64,000 nucleotides of DNA, taken from positions 99,042 through 163,041 of the forward strand of contig JBCCHT010000029.1 in the NCBI GenBank assembly GCA_039028615.1. The letters are read 5' to 3'. Origin of the DNA: Myxococcota bacterium (GTDB lineage: Bacteria; Myxococcota_A; Polyangia; Nannocystales; Nannocystaceae). Positions within the stretch are counted from its first letter, which is position 1. Every line of letters starts with the position of its first letter. A model generated the notes under the pieces. The model made no database searches. It was not told the origin of the DNA and saw only the letters and a list, made by a program, of their open reading frames with translations. This document shows positions 48,324 through 57,401 of the stretch, piece after piece. The position numbers and the translations under genes were made by a program.

Positions 48324-50375
48324 TCAGGGCTGCAGGACGTCGATCTCGTTGCCGACCAAGATCGTCGAGTCGTCGGCGGCAACGTAAAACGAGACGGTGG
48401 CGGCCCGAAGATCGGTGGTGGCGACGTAGTCGGCCAGGGTCGCGTTGGCGAGGCTCGAGTCGGGATGCCGATACCGCGACAAGTCGATGTCACAAGACGA
48501 CAGGTGCTGGCTCGTCCCCGGGGACAAGGCGCACATGGTCTGGCCCGCGAGATCGAGGTCCACTCGAGTCACGCCCCCCGAGGTCGAGTGCAGCTCGAGC
48601 ACCGCCACCGAGTCCGGGATCTTCGGGCGGAAGTCGGCCTCGACCTCGAGCCGCACGCGGGCCCCCCCGCCGTTGGTGCCGTGCAGGGAGCACGTGGGAC
48701 AGATGGGCGAGTCCGGCTGCGGGTTCAGCTCGGGCCACGGGTCCTCGGAGGCCGAGGGCGCGCCCGAGAACGAATGGGTCCTGCACTCGCGATCGCCGTA
48801 GCTCACCGTCGACGACGGAGGCGTCAGCACCAGCAGGGTCGAAGCGGGGGCCCCGGACGACGGAGACTGCGTGGTCGACGGGTCGACCAGCGTCACCGAG
48901 GGCTCCGTGTAGTGGTCGGCGAGGACGGAGTCGGCCCGAATCAACGACACCGGATTCGAAGCCGCACATCCACCATCCACCGAAGAGCATGCGCCCGCCA
49001 TCGCGGCGATCACCTGTTCGGCCGACGCGTCCGGGTGCACGGCCCAGTACTGAGCCGCGATGGCGGACAGGGAGGCGCTGGCGACCGAGGTGCCGGTCAG
49101 CGGAGTCGAGTACTGTTCGTCACCCATCGGCACCGCGACGCGCGAGGCATAGAGCACCCGCTTCGGCTCGCTGAGCGGTCGGGCGTTGACGATGGGCTGA
49201 CCGTCGGCCCCGACCCCGCCCGCGGCGTAGACCACTCGGGCGGGATGGAAATCGCTCACGCTCCCGAGTTCCGTGGCATCCAGGAACCCTGCGCATTCTT
49301 GGAAGCTCGTGGCCGGCATGTCTTCCCACGCCGCCGGAGCCATGGGACCGGTCTGCGCACAGGCCCCGCCCCGCGTATTGCCCGAGGCGGCGATGCTCAG
49401 CACCCCCTGGCACGACGCCCACGTCAGGGTCAGGAACAGCGCTTCTTCGGCGGGGGTCAGCGCAGGGTGCCCGCCCCCTTTCCGACCGGCGAGCAAGTGT
49501 TCTCGGCTCCCCGTGAGGAACTCGGTGTCGTCGAGGCCCCACTCCCATCCCACGCTCAAGTTGAGTACCAGCGGGGTGTCGGTGTCGAGCCCTCGCCAGC
49601 GCTCCACCGCCCGCAGCACGGCGGCGTGGAGCGACCATACCGTGCCGCGATCTTCGAGCGTTCCGGGGAACGCCTGTTCGTAGAACCGCTGGTCGTCGTC
49701 ACACCCGAACGCGTCGTCGGGGCATCGGATCGCGCTGACGATGCCGCCCATGGTGAGCCCGTGCCGAGCCTTGGGTTGACCCGGCCAGCCCCCGTCGGCA
49801 TCGGCATCCGCGGCGGTGTCCACGATGGCGACGAAGGGCCGATCGTGATCGTCGATGACGGGCGCGCCTTGGCCGAATGCAGCGCCCAGCTGCGCTCGAA
49901 ACGATGCATAGCGGGCTTTGTCGGTGCCCCGTGTGTACTCGGCTTGGGGAAGCACCCGGGGATAGTCCGCGGCGACCTGCTCCACGACCCCGGCCGGCAC
50001 ACTCCACGCGGGCGCCGTCGGGGTCTCGATGCCATCGGGCACTTGGTACGCGCAGTATCGCGCCAACTTGGCGGTCATCGGCCCCGAAGAGACGGCCACG
50101 GGTGGCGTCGCTTCCCATCCCGCGGGCGGGGCCGGGCACGTCCGCCCAGGTGTGATCTTGGCGACGAAACTTCGGAACGGGCGATCCGGGGTGGACTCGA
50201 TCGTCACTGGACCGAGGGGGCCATCGCCGTCGTCCGTGTCCTGTCCGGTCCCAGAATCGGTGTCCGTACCCGTCTCGTCGGGTTTCGGGTCGGGCGGGCA
50301 TCCACACCGAGCTTGGGAGGAACACGCAGCCACGGCGACGACGGTGGCCAAAGAGAGGTGACGGGCAGACGGCAT
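48324..50375 (-). CDS. Lipoprotein S8 (subtilisin-like) serine peptidase
   Basis: Lipobox VAVAA-C; catalytic VAIVDT (Asp), HGLTMG (His), LNLSVG, AASGN (oxyanion Asn), GTSVAS (Ser); Cys-rich C-terminus PQPDSPICPTC. Confidence 0.8.
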   Translation of the reverse strand: MPSARHLSLATVVAVAACSSQARCGCPPDPKPDETGTDTDSGTGQDTDDGDGPLGPVTIESTPDRPFRSFVAKITPGRTCPAPPAGWEATPPVAVSSGPMTAKLARYCAYQVPDGIETPTAPAWSVPAGVVEQVAADYPRVLPQAEYTRGTDKARYASFRAQLGAAFGQGAPVIDDHDRPFVAIVDTAADADADGGWPGQPKARHGLTMGGIVSAIRCPDDAFGCDDDQRFYEQAFPGTLEDRGTVWSLHAAVLRAVERWRGLDTDTPLVLNLSVGWEWGLDDTEFLTGSREHLLAGRKGGGHPALTPAEEALFLTLTWASCQGVLSIAASGNTRGGACAQTGPMAPAAWEDMPATSFQECAGFLDATELGSVSDFHPARVVYAAGGVGADGQPIVNARPLSEPKRVLYASRVAVPMGDEQYSTPLTGTSVASASLSAIAAQYWAVHPDASAEQVIAAMAGACSSVDGGCAASNPVSLIRADSVLADHYTEPSVTLVDPSTTQSPSSGAPASTLLVLTPPSSTVSYGDRECRTHSFSGAPSASEDPWPELNPQPDSPICPTCSLHGTNGGGARVRLEVEADFRPKIPDSVAVLELHSTSGGVTRVDLDLAGQTMCALSPGTSQHLSSCDIDLSRYRHPDSSLANATLADYVATTDLRAATVSFYVAADDSTILVGNEIDVLQP

Positions 50376-50463
50376 GTCCGGCCCCTATCCATGCGGGACG
50401 CTCCGTCCAACGCGGCATTCGAAAGAAAAAACGAGTTTGTGCATAGATGGGTAGAATCGGCCG

Positions 50464-53139
50464 GTGCGGCGGGTCTGGGTGGCCTTGTGGCTGTGGAGTG
50501 CGGCGTGTGGGGGCCCCGCGGCGCCCGAGACTGGAGCCGAGGCGAAACGCCCTGCCCCCGCGCCCGCGGCTCGGCCCCTGCGCCCGTTGAAGGTGCTCTT
50601 CGGTGGCTGTGTGGAGCCGGGGCCGGGACCCACCTGCGGGCTGAGTGGCGAACGCCGCGAGCTGACGCTGTGGGTCGACGAGCCATCGCCCGACGACGTC
50701 CGGCTCCAGGTCGACGGTGCGACCGTGACCGGGGAGGTCATCGAGGTCGAGCACGGTCTGCGGTGGACCCTCGACATCCCGCCCGGCGCCACCCGCCTGA
50801 CGGTCCATCGGCCGTCCTCCGACGACGCGGAGGCGTTCTCCCTCGCCTTGCCGACGCTCGAGCCCGAGGCCGTGGATGGAGCGGAGGCGCTCCGTCACGA
50901 GGCGCTGGCGGCCTACGGCGAGCGAGACCTCGATGCGATCGAGGCCGTCATCGACCGCGCCCGACGTCGGCGGTCGTGGTCCGTGGCCGCGCAGTGGCTC
51001 CACAGCCTTGCGTTTCAGGCCATCGTCGAGCAGCGCGACCTGTCGCTCGGGCGACAGCGGCTGGACGAAGCCACCGAGGCGCTGCCCTACGAGGACGCGA
51101 CCCACCTGTATTTCCGGGGGCTCCTCGCCGAACAACGCGGCGACGTCGGAGAAGCGACCGTGGCGTACCGAGACGCGGCGCACCAGGCCCGGGCCCTGGG
51201 CGCCGGCCTCGCCCCGGTGTTGATGCTGGCGGTGTTGGGCCGCACCGCGGTGATGTCGGCCCACGCCACAGACCGGGCGTCGACCCTCGAGGCGATCGAG
51301 CACGGGTTGGCCGTCGCTCGTTCCACGTTCGTCGACGATGACTCGCGGGCCAGCTTTCTCAACTCTGCGGCGTGGTCGCTGCTCATGCTGGACACGTCGC
51401 CCGGCCGCGCTCGCGCCTTGCTGGAGCGCAGCCGCCAGCTGCTGGGGCCACGGCCCGAAGGGCGCGATGCGTGGTTCACGGTTCGGCTGAACCTCGCCTA
51501 CGAAGCCCTCGAGCGCGGCGCCCCCCATGACGCCAGACGTTGGCTGGCTCCTGTGGCGGATCGACGAATGATCCGAGCCAACGAGCTATGGCACGGGCTG
51601 CTGCAGGCCCGACTCGAGCGGCAGCAGGGCGCCCCGGAGGCGGCCGGGCGCCGCTTGCAGGCCATGCTCGCCTCGGCGGATCGACTCGGAGATCATGGTC
51701 TTCGTTGGGCGGCCCGGGTGGAGCGAGCCCGGGCGCTCGAGCACAGCGGTCGGGTGCCCGAGGCCTTGGCCGAGTACGCGCAGGCCGACCGCGTGCTCGA
51801 GCAACAGCTGCCGCGGCTCGGCATGGATGATCGAGAGCGGTTCCTGCTGGGACGACACGCCGTGGCGCAGCGCCGCGTGGAGCTGTTGCTCGACGGAGGT
51901 GACCCAGACGCGGCGCTGTGCGTGGCTCGGCTCGCTCGCACCCGTGCGCTACGTTCGCTCGATCAACGCGTGAAGCGGGACGCCGACCCGGTCACGCGCC
52001 GCGCCCTCGACGACTACCTCGGTACGCGCCTTCGGCTGGACAACGCGTATGACGACACCTTCGACATGGTGGGCGCCGCCGCAGCCGACCGACGCCGCCG
52101 AGAGATCGACCGCGAGCGCGAGGCCAACGAGCAACGCTTCGAGTCCGTGATGCGAGGCCCTGGCCTTCAGGGTGCCGCCCCGCCCGATTGCGATGCCCTG
52201 TCTCGTCCCCCCGAAGGAGGGCTGGACCTCCACTTCGTGAAGCTCGAGCGCAGCTGGGTCGGATTCGCCGTCGACGACGGCGGCACGACGACGCCACGAA
52301 CGCTGTCGGACCCGAGCGCGGCCCTCGACTCGGGCGACGCGGTGCGGCTGGGGCAGGTGCTGCTCGAGCCCTTTGCCCCCCAGCTTCGAGCAGCCTCGCG
52401 CCTACGGATCATGGCTTCGGGCGCACTCTATGGCGTGCCCTTCCATGCGTTGCCGCTCGGTGCGGACGAGCCTTGGCTACGAGCCGACCGTGCCGTCGTC
52501 TACGGACTCGACCTCCCTCGCGTACGCACGCGAACAGACGAAGTCACCGGGGCGGCGTTGGTCTTGGAGCCGCCGAGCAACCTCCCCAACGCCCATGAAG
52601 AGGCCGAATTCGGCATTTCCGGGCTTCGCCGACGCGGCGCCACGGTCGTCTCGCTGAGCGACGACACGAGCACCACTGCCCGCGTTCTCGCCGAGCTCCC
52701 GCGCGCGTCCTGGCTCCACTACGTCGGGCACGCACGCTCCAACGGCCTCGGCGGCTGGGACAGCGAGCTGGTGCTCGCCGCCGACGGCACCGCGGTGGTC
52801 GGGGTGGCGGACGTGCTCGCCCTGCCGGCCGTGCCCTCGGTGGCGGTGCTCAGCGGTTGCCAGACCGGGGTGCTCGACCCCCACTCCCAAAGCGGCGGCA
52901 TGAGCCTCGCCCACGCGTTCTTGCTCGCCGGGTCGGACATCGTCGTCGCCACCACCGAGAAAATCCGCGACGACGAGGCGCTGTCGCTCATGCGCGACTT
53001 CTACGAAGCGCTCGACGGGTTGGACGACGACGCGGTCTCCCGCGCCCTCGCGAGCGCCCACCGTCGAGCAATCGACACGGAACGATCCGCCCCGCCGCAC
53101 ACGACGGCGTGGCACTCGGTCCGCGCCTGGGTCCCCTGA
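50464..53139 (+). CDS. Lipoprotein TPR-CHAT (caspase/HetF-associated) protease
   Basis: Lipobox LWSAA-C; TPR-like helices; CHAT motifs LYGVPFHAL, LHYVGHA (His), VLSGCQTG (Cys), SLAHAFLLAG, LMRDFY. Confidence 0.87.
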   Translation: MRRVWVALWLWSAACGGPAAPETGAEAKRPAPAPAARPLRPLKVLFGGCVEPGPGPTCGLSGERRELTLWVDEPSPDDVRLQVDGATVTGEVIEVEHGLRWTLDIPPGATRLTVHRPSSDDAEAFSLALPTLEPEAVDGAEALRHEALAAYGERDLDAIEAVIDRARRRRSWSVAAQWLHSLAFQAIVEQRDLSLGRQRLDEATEALPYEDATHLYFRGLLAEQRGDVGEATVAYRDAAHQARALGAGLAPVLMLAVLGRTAVMSAHATDRASTLEAIEHGLAVARSTFVDDDSRASFLNSAAWSLLMLDTSPGRARALLERSRQLLGPRPEGRDAWFTVRLNLAYEALERGAPHDARRWLAPVADRRMIRANELWHGLLQARLERQQGAPEAAGRRLQAMLASADRLGDHGLRWAARVERARALEHSGRVPEALAEYAQADRVLEQQLPRLGMDDRERFLLGRHAVAQRRVELLLDGGDPDAALCVARLARTRALRSLDQRVKRDADPVTRRALDDYLGTRLRLDNAYDDTFDMVGAAAADRRRREIDREREANEQRFESVMRGPGLQGAAPPDCDALSRPPEGGLDLHFVKLERSWVGFAVDDGGTTTPRTLSDPSAALDSGDAVRLGQVLLEPFAPQLRAASRLRIMASGALYGVPFHALPLGADEPWLRADRAVVYGLDLPRVRTRTDEVTGAALVLEPPSNLPNAHEEAEFGISGLRRRGATVVSLSDDTSTTARVLAELPRASWLHYVGHARSNGLGGWDSELVLAADGTAVVGVADVLALPAVPSVAVLSGCQTGVLDPHSQSGGMSLAHAFLLAGSDIVVATTEKIRDDEALSLMRDFYEALDGLDDDAVSRALASAHRRAIDTERSAPPHTTAWHSVRAWVP

Positions 53140-53234
53140 AAAACTCGCGTTGGATTCCACCGGAGGTCCGGCAATGGAGGGCTGGCGTCACGAGGACGCC
53201 ACCTTCAACGCCCACCTCATCAACGGAGTCCATC

Positions 53235-53750
53235 ATGACCACACCGACCTATATCTCCGACAACCTCACGTCCAACCGCTTCAGCCGCCTGCCCGCCGAT
53301 CGCCTGCAGCTCGTGCTCTTCTATGACGGCCGCGGCGAGTCTTCGTTCGGCTTCGAATACAAAGACGCCTCCGGCACCGTCGGCTGGATCAACGTGTCGG
53401 GCATCCCGCCCTTCAGCCGCATCGTGACCAAGGAGTACGACCTGAAGGGCTGCACGCTGACCGGCAACTTCATCGTCGAAGGCGTCGTCCCCAACGGCGT
53501 GGTCGATGGGCTCGCCTTCGGCCTCATGTGGCGCGACGGCGATCAGCACTATCACATCCTCCGTAGCAACGCGCCCGTGCCCACCAAGACGGCGAGCTTC
53601 GTCAGCGCGTGGCCGCTGGGCATGAACGGCTCCACCTTCGGCTCGCGTGCCCCTCAGCTCACCGACTGGTGCGCCCGCGAGACGGCACTGGCCGTCATCA
53701 GCGGCGCCAAGCTGCTGCCCAACGGCAAGTACCGCATCGACGTCCTGTGA
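53235..53750 (+). CDS. Hypothetical beta-rich protein, 171 aa
   Basis: RBS-like GGAG 5 nt upstream of ATG; clean C/G third-position usage; no signal peptide; no family recognised. Confidence 0.75.
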   Translation: MTTPTYISDNLTSNRFSRLPADRLQLVLFYDGRGESSFGFEYKDASGTVGWINVSGIPPFSRIVTKEYDLKGCTLTGNFIVEGVVPNGVVDGLAFGLMWRDGDQHYHILRSNAPVPTKTASFVSAWPLGMNGSTFGSRAPQLTDWCARETALAVISGAKLLPNGKYRIDVL

Positions 53751-53819
53751 CTCGGCTGGTCCCGGGGCGCGGCACGACGACGGCAGTGCCGTGCTCCGGG
53801 CACCCGCCCCTTCGCCGGC

Positions 53820-54671
53820 TCAGGCCATGGCGGCGCGGCGCTCGAACTTCACCGGCTCGTTGGGCTGCGGGACCGCGAGGTCGTCGCCCAAAAAGCGCAC
53901 CATGGCCACGGTGACGTTGTCGGGCCCGCCCGCGGCACAGGCCGCCTCGGTGAGCACTCGGCAGCATCGCACCGGGTCGTCGTGGCGCAGCATGTGATCG
54001 AGGACCTGGCGATCCGAGAGCGGACCGGTGAGCCCATCGCTGCACAGCATGAGGGTGTCGCCCGCTCGGATGGAGACCCGCACGAGGTCGGGCCCCACCC
54101 GATCCTGCACGCCGATGGCCTCGAGCAGCACGTTGCGCTGCTTGAAGTTCCGCGCGTCCTCGGGCTTGAGCTTGCCCGCCGCGATCATCTGCCCGACGAC
54201 GTTCTGATCCATCGTGAGCTGCTGGAGCATCCGCCCCCGCCGCAGATAGGCCCGCGAGTCACCGACCTGGACGATCATGACCTCGTTGCCCATCAGCATC
54301 GCCGCGGTCATCGTCGTGCCCATGCCGCGCTTGTCGGGGTGGCGCTTGGTGAACTGGCTGATGGACTGGTTGGCCTGCGTGACCGCGGCCAGCAGCATGC
54401 GCTCGACCTCGCCGATGTCGTTGACCGAGTGCTGACGCGCGACCTCTTCGAGGGCGTCGATGGCCATGCGCGAGGCCATGTCGCCAGCCGCCGCTCCGCC
54501 CATGCCGTCGCAGACCGCCACGAGCGTGCCGGGGCGCCGCAGCTCGCGGTTGCGCTGGTCGGGCCGGATGGTGCGGTCGCCCGTGCTCAGGTCGAGCACG
54601 AGGAACGCGTCCTCGTTGCGCTCGCGAACGCAGCCGACCTCGGTCCGAGCAAAGATCTCGATGTGCGCCAT
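53820..54671 (-). CDS. PP2C/PPM-type Ser/Thr phosphatase (Stp1/Pph1-like)
   Basis: GCVRERNEDA, VCDGMGG, GMGTT, VGDSRAY, LCSDGL, GGPDNVT. Confidence 0.95.
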   Translation of the reverse strand: MAHIEIFARTEVGCVRERNEDAFLVLDLSTGDRTIRPDQRNRELRRPGTLVAVCDGMGGAAAGDMASRMAIDALEEVARQHSVNDIGEVERMLLAAVTQANQSISQFTKRHPDKRGMGTTMTAAMLMGNEVMIVQVGDSRAYLRRGRMLQQLTMDQNVVGQMIAAGKLKPEDARNFKQRNVLLEAIGVQDRVGPDLVRVSIRAGDTLMLCSDGLTGPLSDRQVLDHMLRHDDPVRCCRVLTEAACAAGGPDNVTVAMVRFLGDDLAVPQPNEPVKFERRAAMA

Positions 54672-56119
54672 CAGTCCAGCCTCAGCCTCAAGATCTGGTC
54701 GCCCACGCGGAAGGTGTCGAGACTGGCCATCTCGGCGCTGCCCCGAATGCGAATGTACGAGCCGTTGGCGGACTCGAGGTCCTCGAGGAACACGGCCATA
54801 CTCTGCCCGTGGAGCTCGAGTCGCAGCCGGGCGTGCTCCCGACTGACGAAGGGGTCGTTGGGGAACAGCAGGTCTCCGCCCTCGCGACCGAACACCACCT
54901 GCGAGCCTCGCAGGTAGTACTTGTCGCCCACGATGCCGCCCCGGCCCACCTGGCGCACGCAGCCCCACGCAGGCTGCAGCGGGGTCCCGAAGACCCGGGT
55001 GCCATCGATGGCCGGCGGTCGCTCTTGGACCTGGGTGTCGATGTTCTCGAGCCGCAGCATCTGGTGACCGATCATGAATTGGTCGCCGGGATACACGGGC
55101 GCCGAGCCGCGGATGCGCAGGTAGACCCCGTTGGTCGAGCCCGCGTCGAAGATCCCCATGCCGTTTTCCGTCCGCTGCAGCCGCACGTGCATCGGCGACA
55201 GGAACGGGTCCTCGGGGAAGAGCAGGTCTCCGTGGGTCCGACCGATGGTGAGCTGGTCCTGCTGTAGCGGGAAGGCCTCGCCCTCGCTGCCGTCCCGCGC
55301 CACCAACACCAGCCGCGGTCCGCCTTGGCCGCGCTGGGGCTGGCCCACGGAGCCGTGCTGATCGGTGGCGCGCCCGGACATGGTGCCGCGCTCCGCTCGG
55401 TTGACGGTGGGCAGCGGACCGTGGCCCGGGCCGCCGGAGAAGCCACCGGGGCGATCGGGCTGCGTGGCGGGAGCCAGCGTGGCCCTCACCGGAGAGATCG
55501 CCACCGGGCGCTGCGCCTGCTGCTGATGAATCCGCGGGTGCGGCCGGGTGCGGTCGTCCTCGCCGACCTCGGGCTTGGGCCGCACCGGGTTGGGCTGGGT
55601 CCGGTCGCTCTCGCTGACCTCGGCCGCCACCGCCGGCATACCGCTGCGGGGCTCCATGGTGGACGCGTCCGCGACCGCGGCGATGAGAGAGTCCGGCTGA
55701 CCCGGCGCGGGTGCGGGAGATCCCGCGGCCGGAGGCGGAGCAAACGACGGCACGGCCGGCCGAGCTATCTCGCCCAGGCCCGGCGAGGGCACGGTGCGAT
55801 CGGCGGTCCCGCCCGGAGCGGGAGCCGGCGCCGCAGGGGGAGACGGGCCGACCGGCGCACTGGCAACCGCCGCGACTGGAGCGAAGCGACTCACGTGCAT
55901 TTGCTCCGTGATGGGCCGTCGCATCCGCATGCGTTGGTCCTGCCCGCACACGGGGCAGAAGTCGAAGCCGGCCGGCATCATGGCGCTACAGCGAGCGCAC
56001 TTGGAGCCACCCGCGTTCGAGTCGCGGCCGGAGCCGATCGGCTGGCCGCAGGTCGAGCACGCTTCATGCCCCGGTTCAATCAGAGAGCCGCAGCTAGGGC
56101 AGGGAATCGAGGCCGACAT
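54671..56119 (-). CDS. Double zinc-ribbon + tandem FHA protein
   Basis: CPSCG..CSTCG..CARC..CPVCG; Pro-rich linker; two FHA domains (IGRT..SPMH..STNG; FGRE..SREH..SANG); TGATG coupling with the phosphatase. Confidence 0.9.
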   Translation of the reverse strand: MSASIPCPSCGSLIEPGHEACSTCGQPIGSGRDSNAGGSKCARCSAMMPAGFDFCPVCGQDQRMRMRRPITEQMHVSRFAPVAAVASAPVGPSPPAAPAPAPGGTADRTVPSPGLGEIARPAVPSFAPPPAAGSPAPAPGQPDSLIAAVADASTMEPRSGMPAVAAEVSESDRTQPNPVRPKPEVGEDDRTRPHPRIHQQQAQRPVAISPVRATLAPATQPDRPGGFSGGPGHGPLPTVNRAERGTMSGRATDQHGSVGQPQRGQGGPRLVLVARDGSEGEAFPLQQDQLTIGRTHGDLLFPEDPFLSPMHVRLQRTENGMGIFDAGSTNGVYLRIRGSAPVYPGDQFMIGHQMLRLENIDTQVQERPPAIDGTRVFGTPLQPAWGCVRQVGRGGIVGDKYYLRGSQVVFGREGGDLLFPNDPFVSREHARLRLELHGQSMAVFLEDLESANGSYIRIRGSAEMASLDTFRVGDQILRLRLD

Positions 56120-56231
56120 TGGGTGGATTCGGTGTCGGCAGGCTTGCCACGCCCCAGGAGGGTGGGCTAGAGGTCCTACCTCGCCGCGTAGGTTAGCCAA
56201 GCGCGGCTTGCGGCGTCAACGGCGTCCCGCG

Positions 56232-57401
56232 ATGCCCCTTCCCTTTCCACTCCACGTCCCCGAATCGGCGCCGGCGCCTGCCCAGCGGTGGGTCCGTCGA
56301 GCCCTTCGCGCGGGTATGGCGACGGCCGGCCTGCTCGCGATGCTGAGCGCCTGCAGCCCCATCGTCCGCCCCGCTCGGTTCGCGAGCGCGCGCGACCGGG
56401 TCACCGACGTCAGCCTCCAGGGCCCCTTCGACGGCCAGGTCGTCGACGAGACCACCGCGGAGCCCATCCAGGGCGCCACCGTGGTCGGTGTGTGGTCCTA
56501 CGACGACGGCGACGGGCTCATCGTGCCGGCCGGATCCGAGGTCATCGAGGTCAAGACCGACCAGGCCGGTCGCTACCGCATGCCCAAGGCGCCGATGAAG
56601 AAGCGCGGAGCGCACATGCGCTTGGTCGACTTCCATCTCATCACCTACAAGCGCGGCTACGTGGGCTACCGCTCGGATCGGCACCTCGACGGCACCCCGC
56701 GGCACGACTTCACCCTGCGCCACAACCGGGTTTCGCTGCGCAAGTGGCGAGATACCGACTCTCACGCGCAGCACCTGATGTTCCTGGCCCCGCCGGCCAC
56801 CGTGATGCAGCTGTCGAGCTGGGAGCGCGAGTCGGCCAACCTCGATCTGTATCGGTCCCTGGGCGGGCAGATCTCGAACGCGGCCGCGGTGGCCGAGCCC
56901 GGCAAGCCCGCCCCTGCCCTCCAGCTGCTCGATGCGTCGTCGCTGCTGCCGCCCGAAGACGTCCGCCGTCGCACCGGGTACACGGAAGCCTTCGACACCA
57001 AGGAGCTGGGCGATCTGGCACGGACGCACTTCTATCACGGCGTGCACTTGCAAGCCGTCGACCGTGACGAGGTGTGGGACGTCGCCTATCGCGTCTGGAA
57101 AGATCCTCCCGGGGGACTCGGGCCGGTCATCGAGACCTTCGAGGCCACCCTCCCCGACGTCTCCATTACCGGTGAGATCACCGAGGAGACCTGGGTCTTC
57201 GACAGCGAAGAAGTCCGCGCCGTGGCCTTCCTCGATCGCGAGCGCAACGTCGGCGTGCTGCTGACCTGCGGCGCCATGCAGTGCATCGACATCGAGACCG
57301 TGATCATCTTGGCCAACGTCGTGCTCGAGAACCTCGACGGCATCGCTCTGGTCGACGCCCCGTCGGCGCCCACGCCCGCAGCCACGGAGATCCGGCCATG
57401 A
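56232..57401 (+). CDS. Lipoprotein with carboxypeptidase-regulatory-like domain
   Basis: Lipobox MLSA-C; GQVVDETTAEPIQGATVVGVW...TDQAGRY; start uncertain (56232 or 56317). Confidence 0.7.
   Translation: MPLPFPLHVPESAPAPAQRWVRRALRAGMATAGLLAMLSACSPIVRPARFASARDRVTDVSLQGPFDGQVVDETTAEPIQGATVVGVWSYDDGDGLIVPAGSEVIEVKTDQAGRYRMPKAPMKKRGAHMRLVDFHLITYKRGYVGYRSDRHLDGTPRHDFTLRHNRVSLRKWRDTDSHAQHLMFLAPPATVMQLSSWERESANLDLYRSLGGQISNAAAVAEPGKPAPALQLLDASSLLPPEDVRRRTGYTEAFDTKELGDLARTHFYHGVHLQAVDRDEVWDVAYRVWKDPPGGLGPVIETFEATLPDVSITGEITEETWVFDSEEVRAVAFLDRERNVGVLLTCGAMQCIDIETVIILANVVLENLDGIALVDAPSAPTPAATEIRP

Noticed and set aside
50464..53139. CHAT cassette as part of a type III-E CRISPR (Craspase) locus
   Set aside because: No Cas7-11/gRAMP, no array, and the CHAT protein has a lipoprotein signal.
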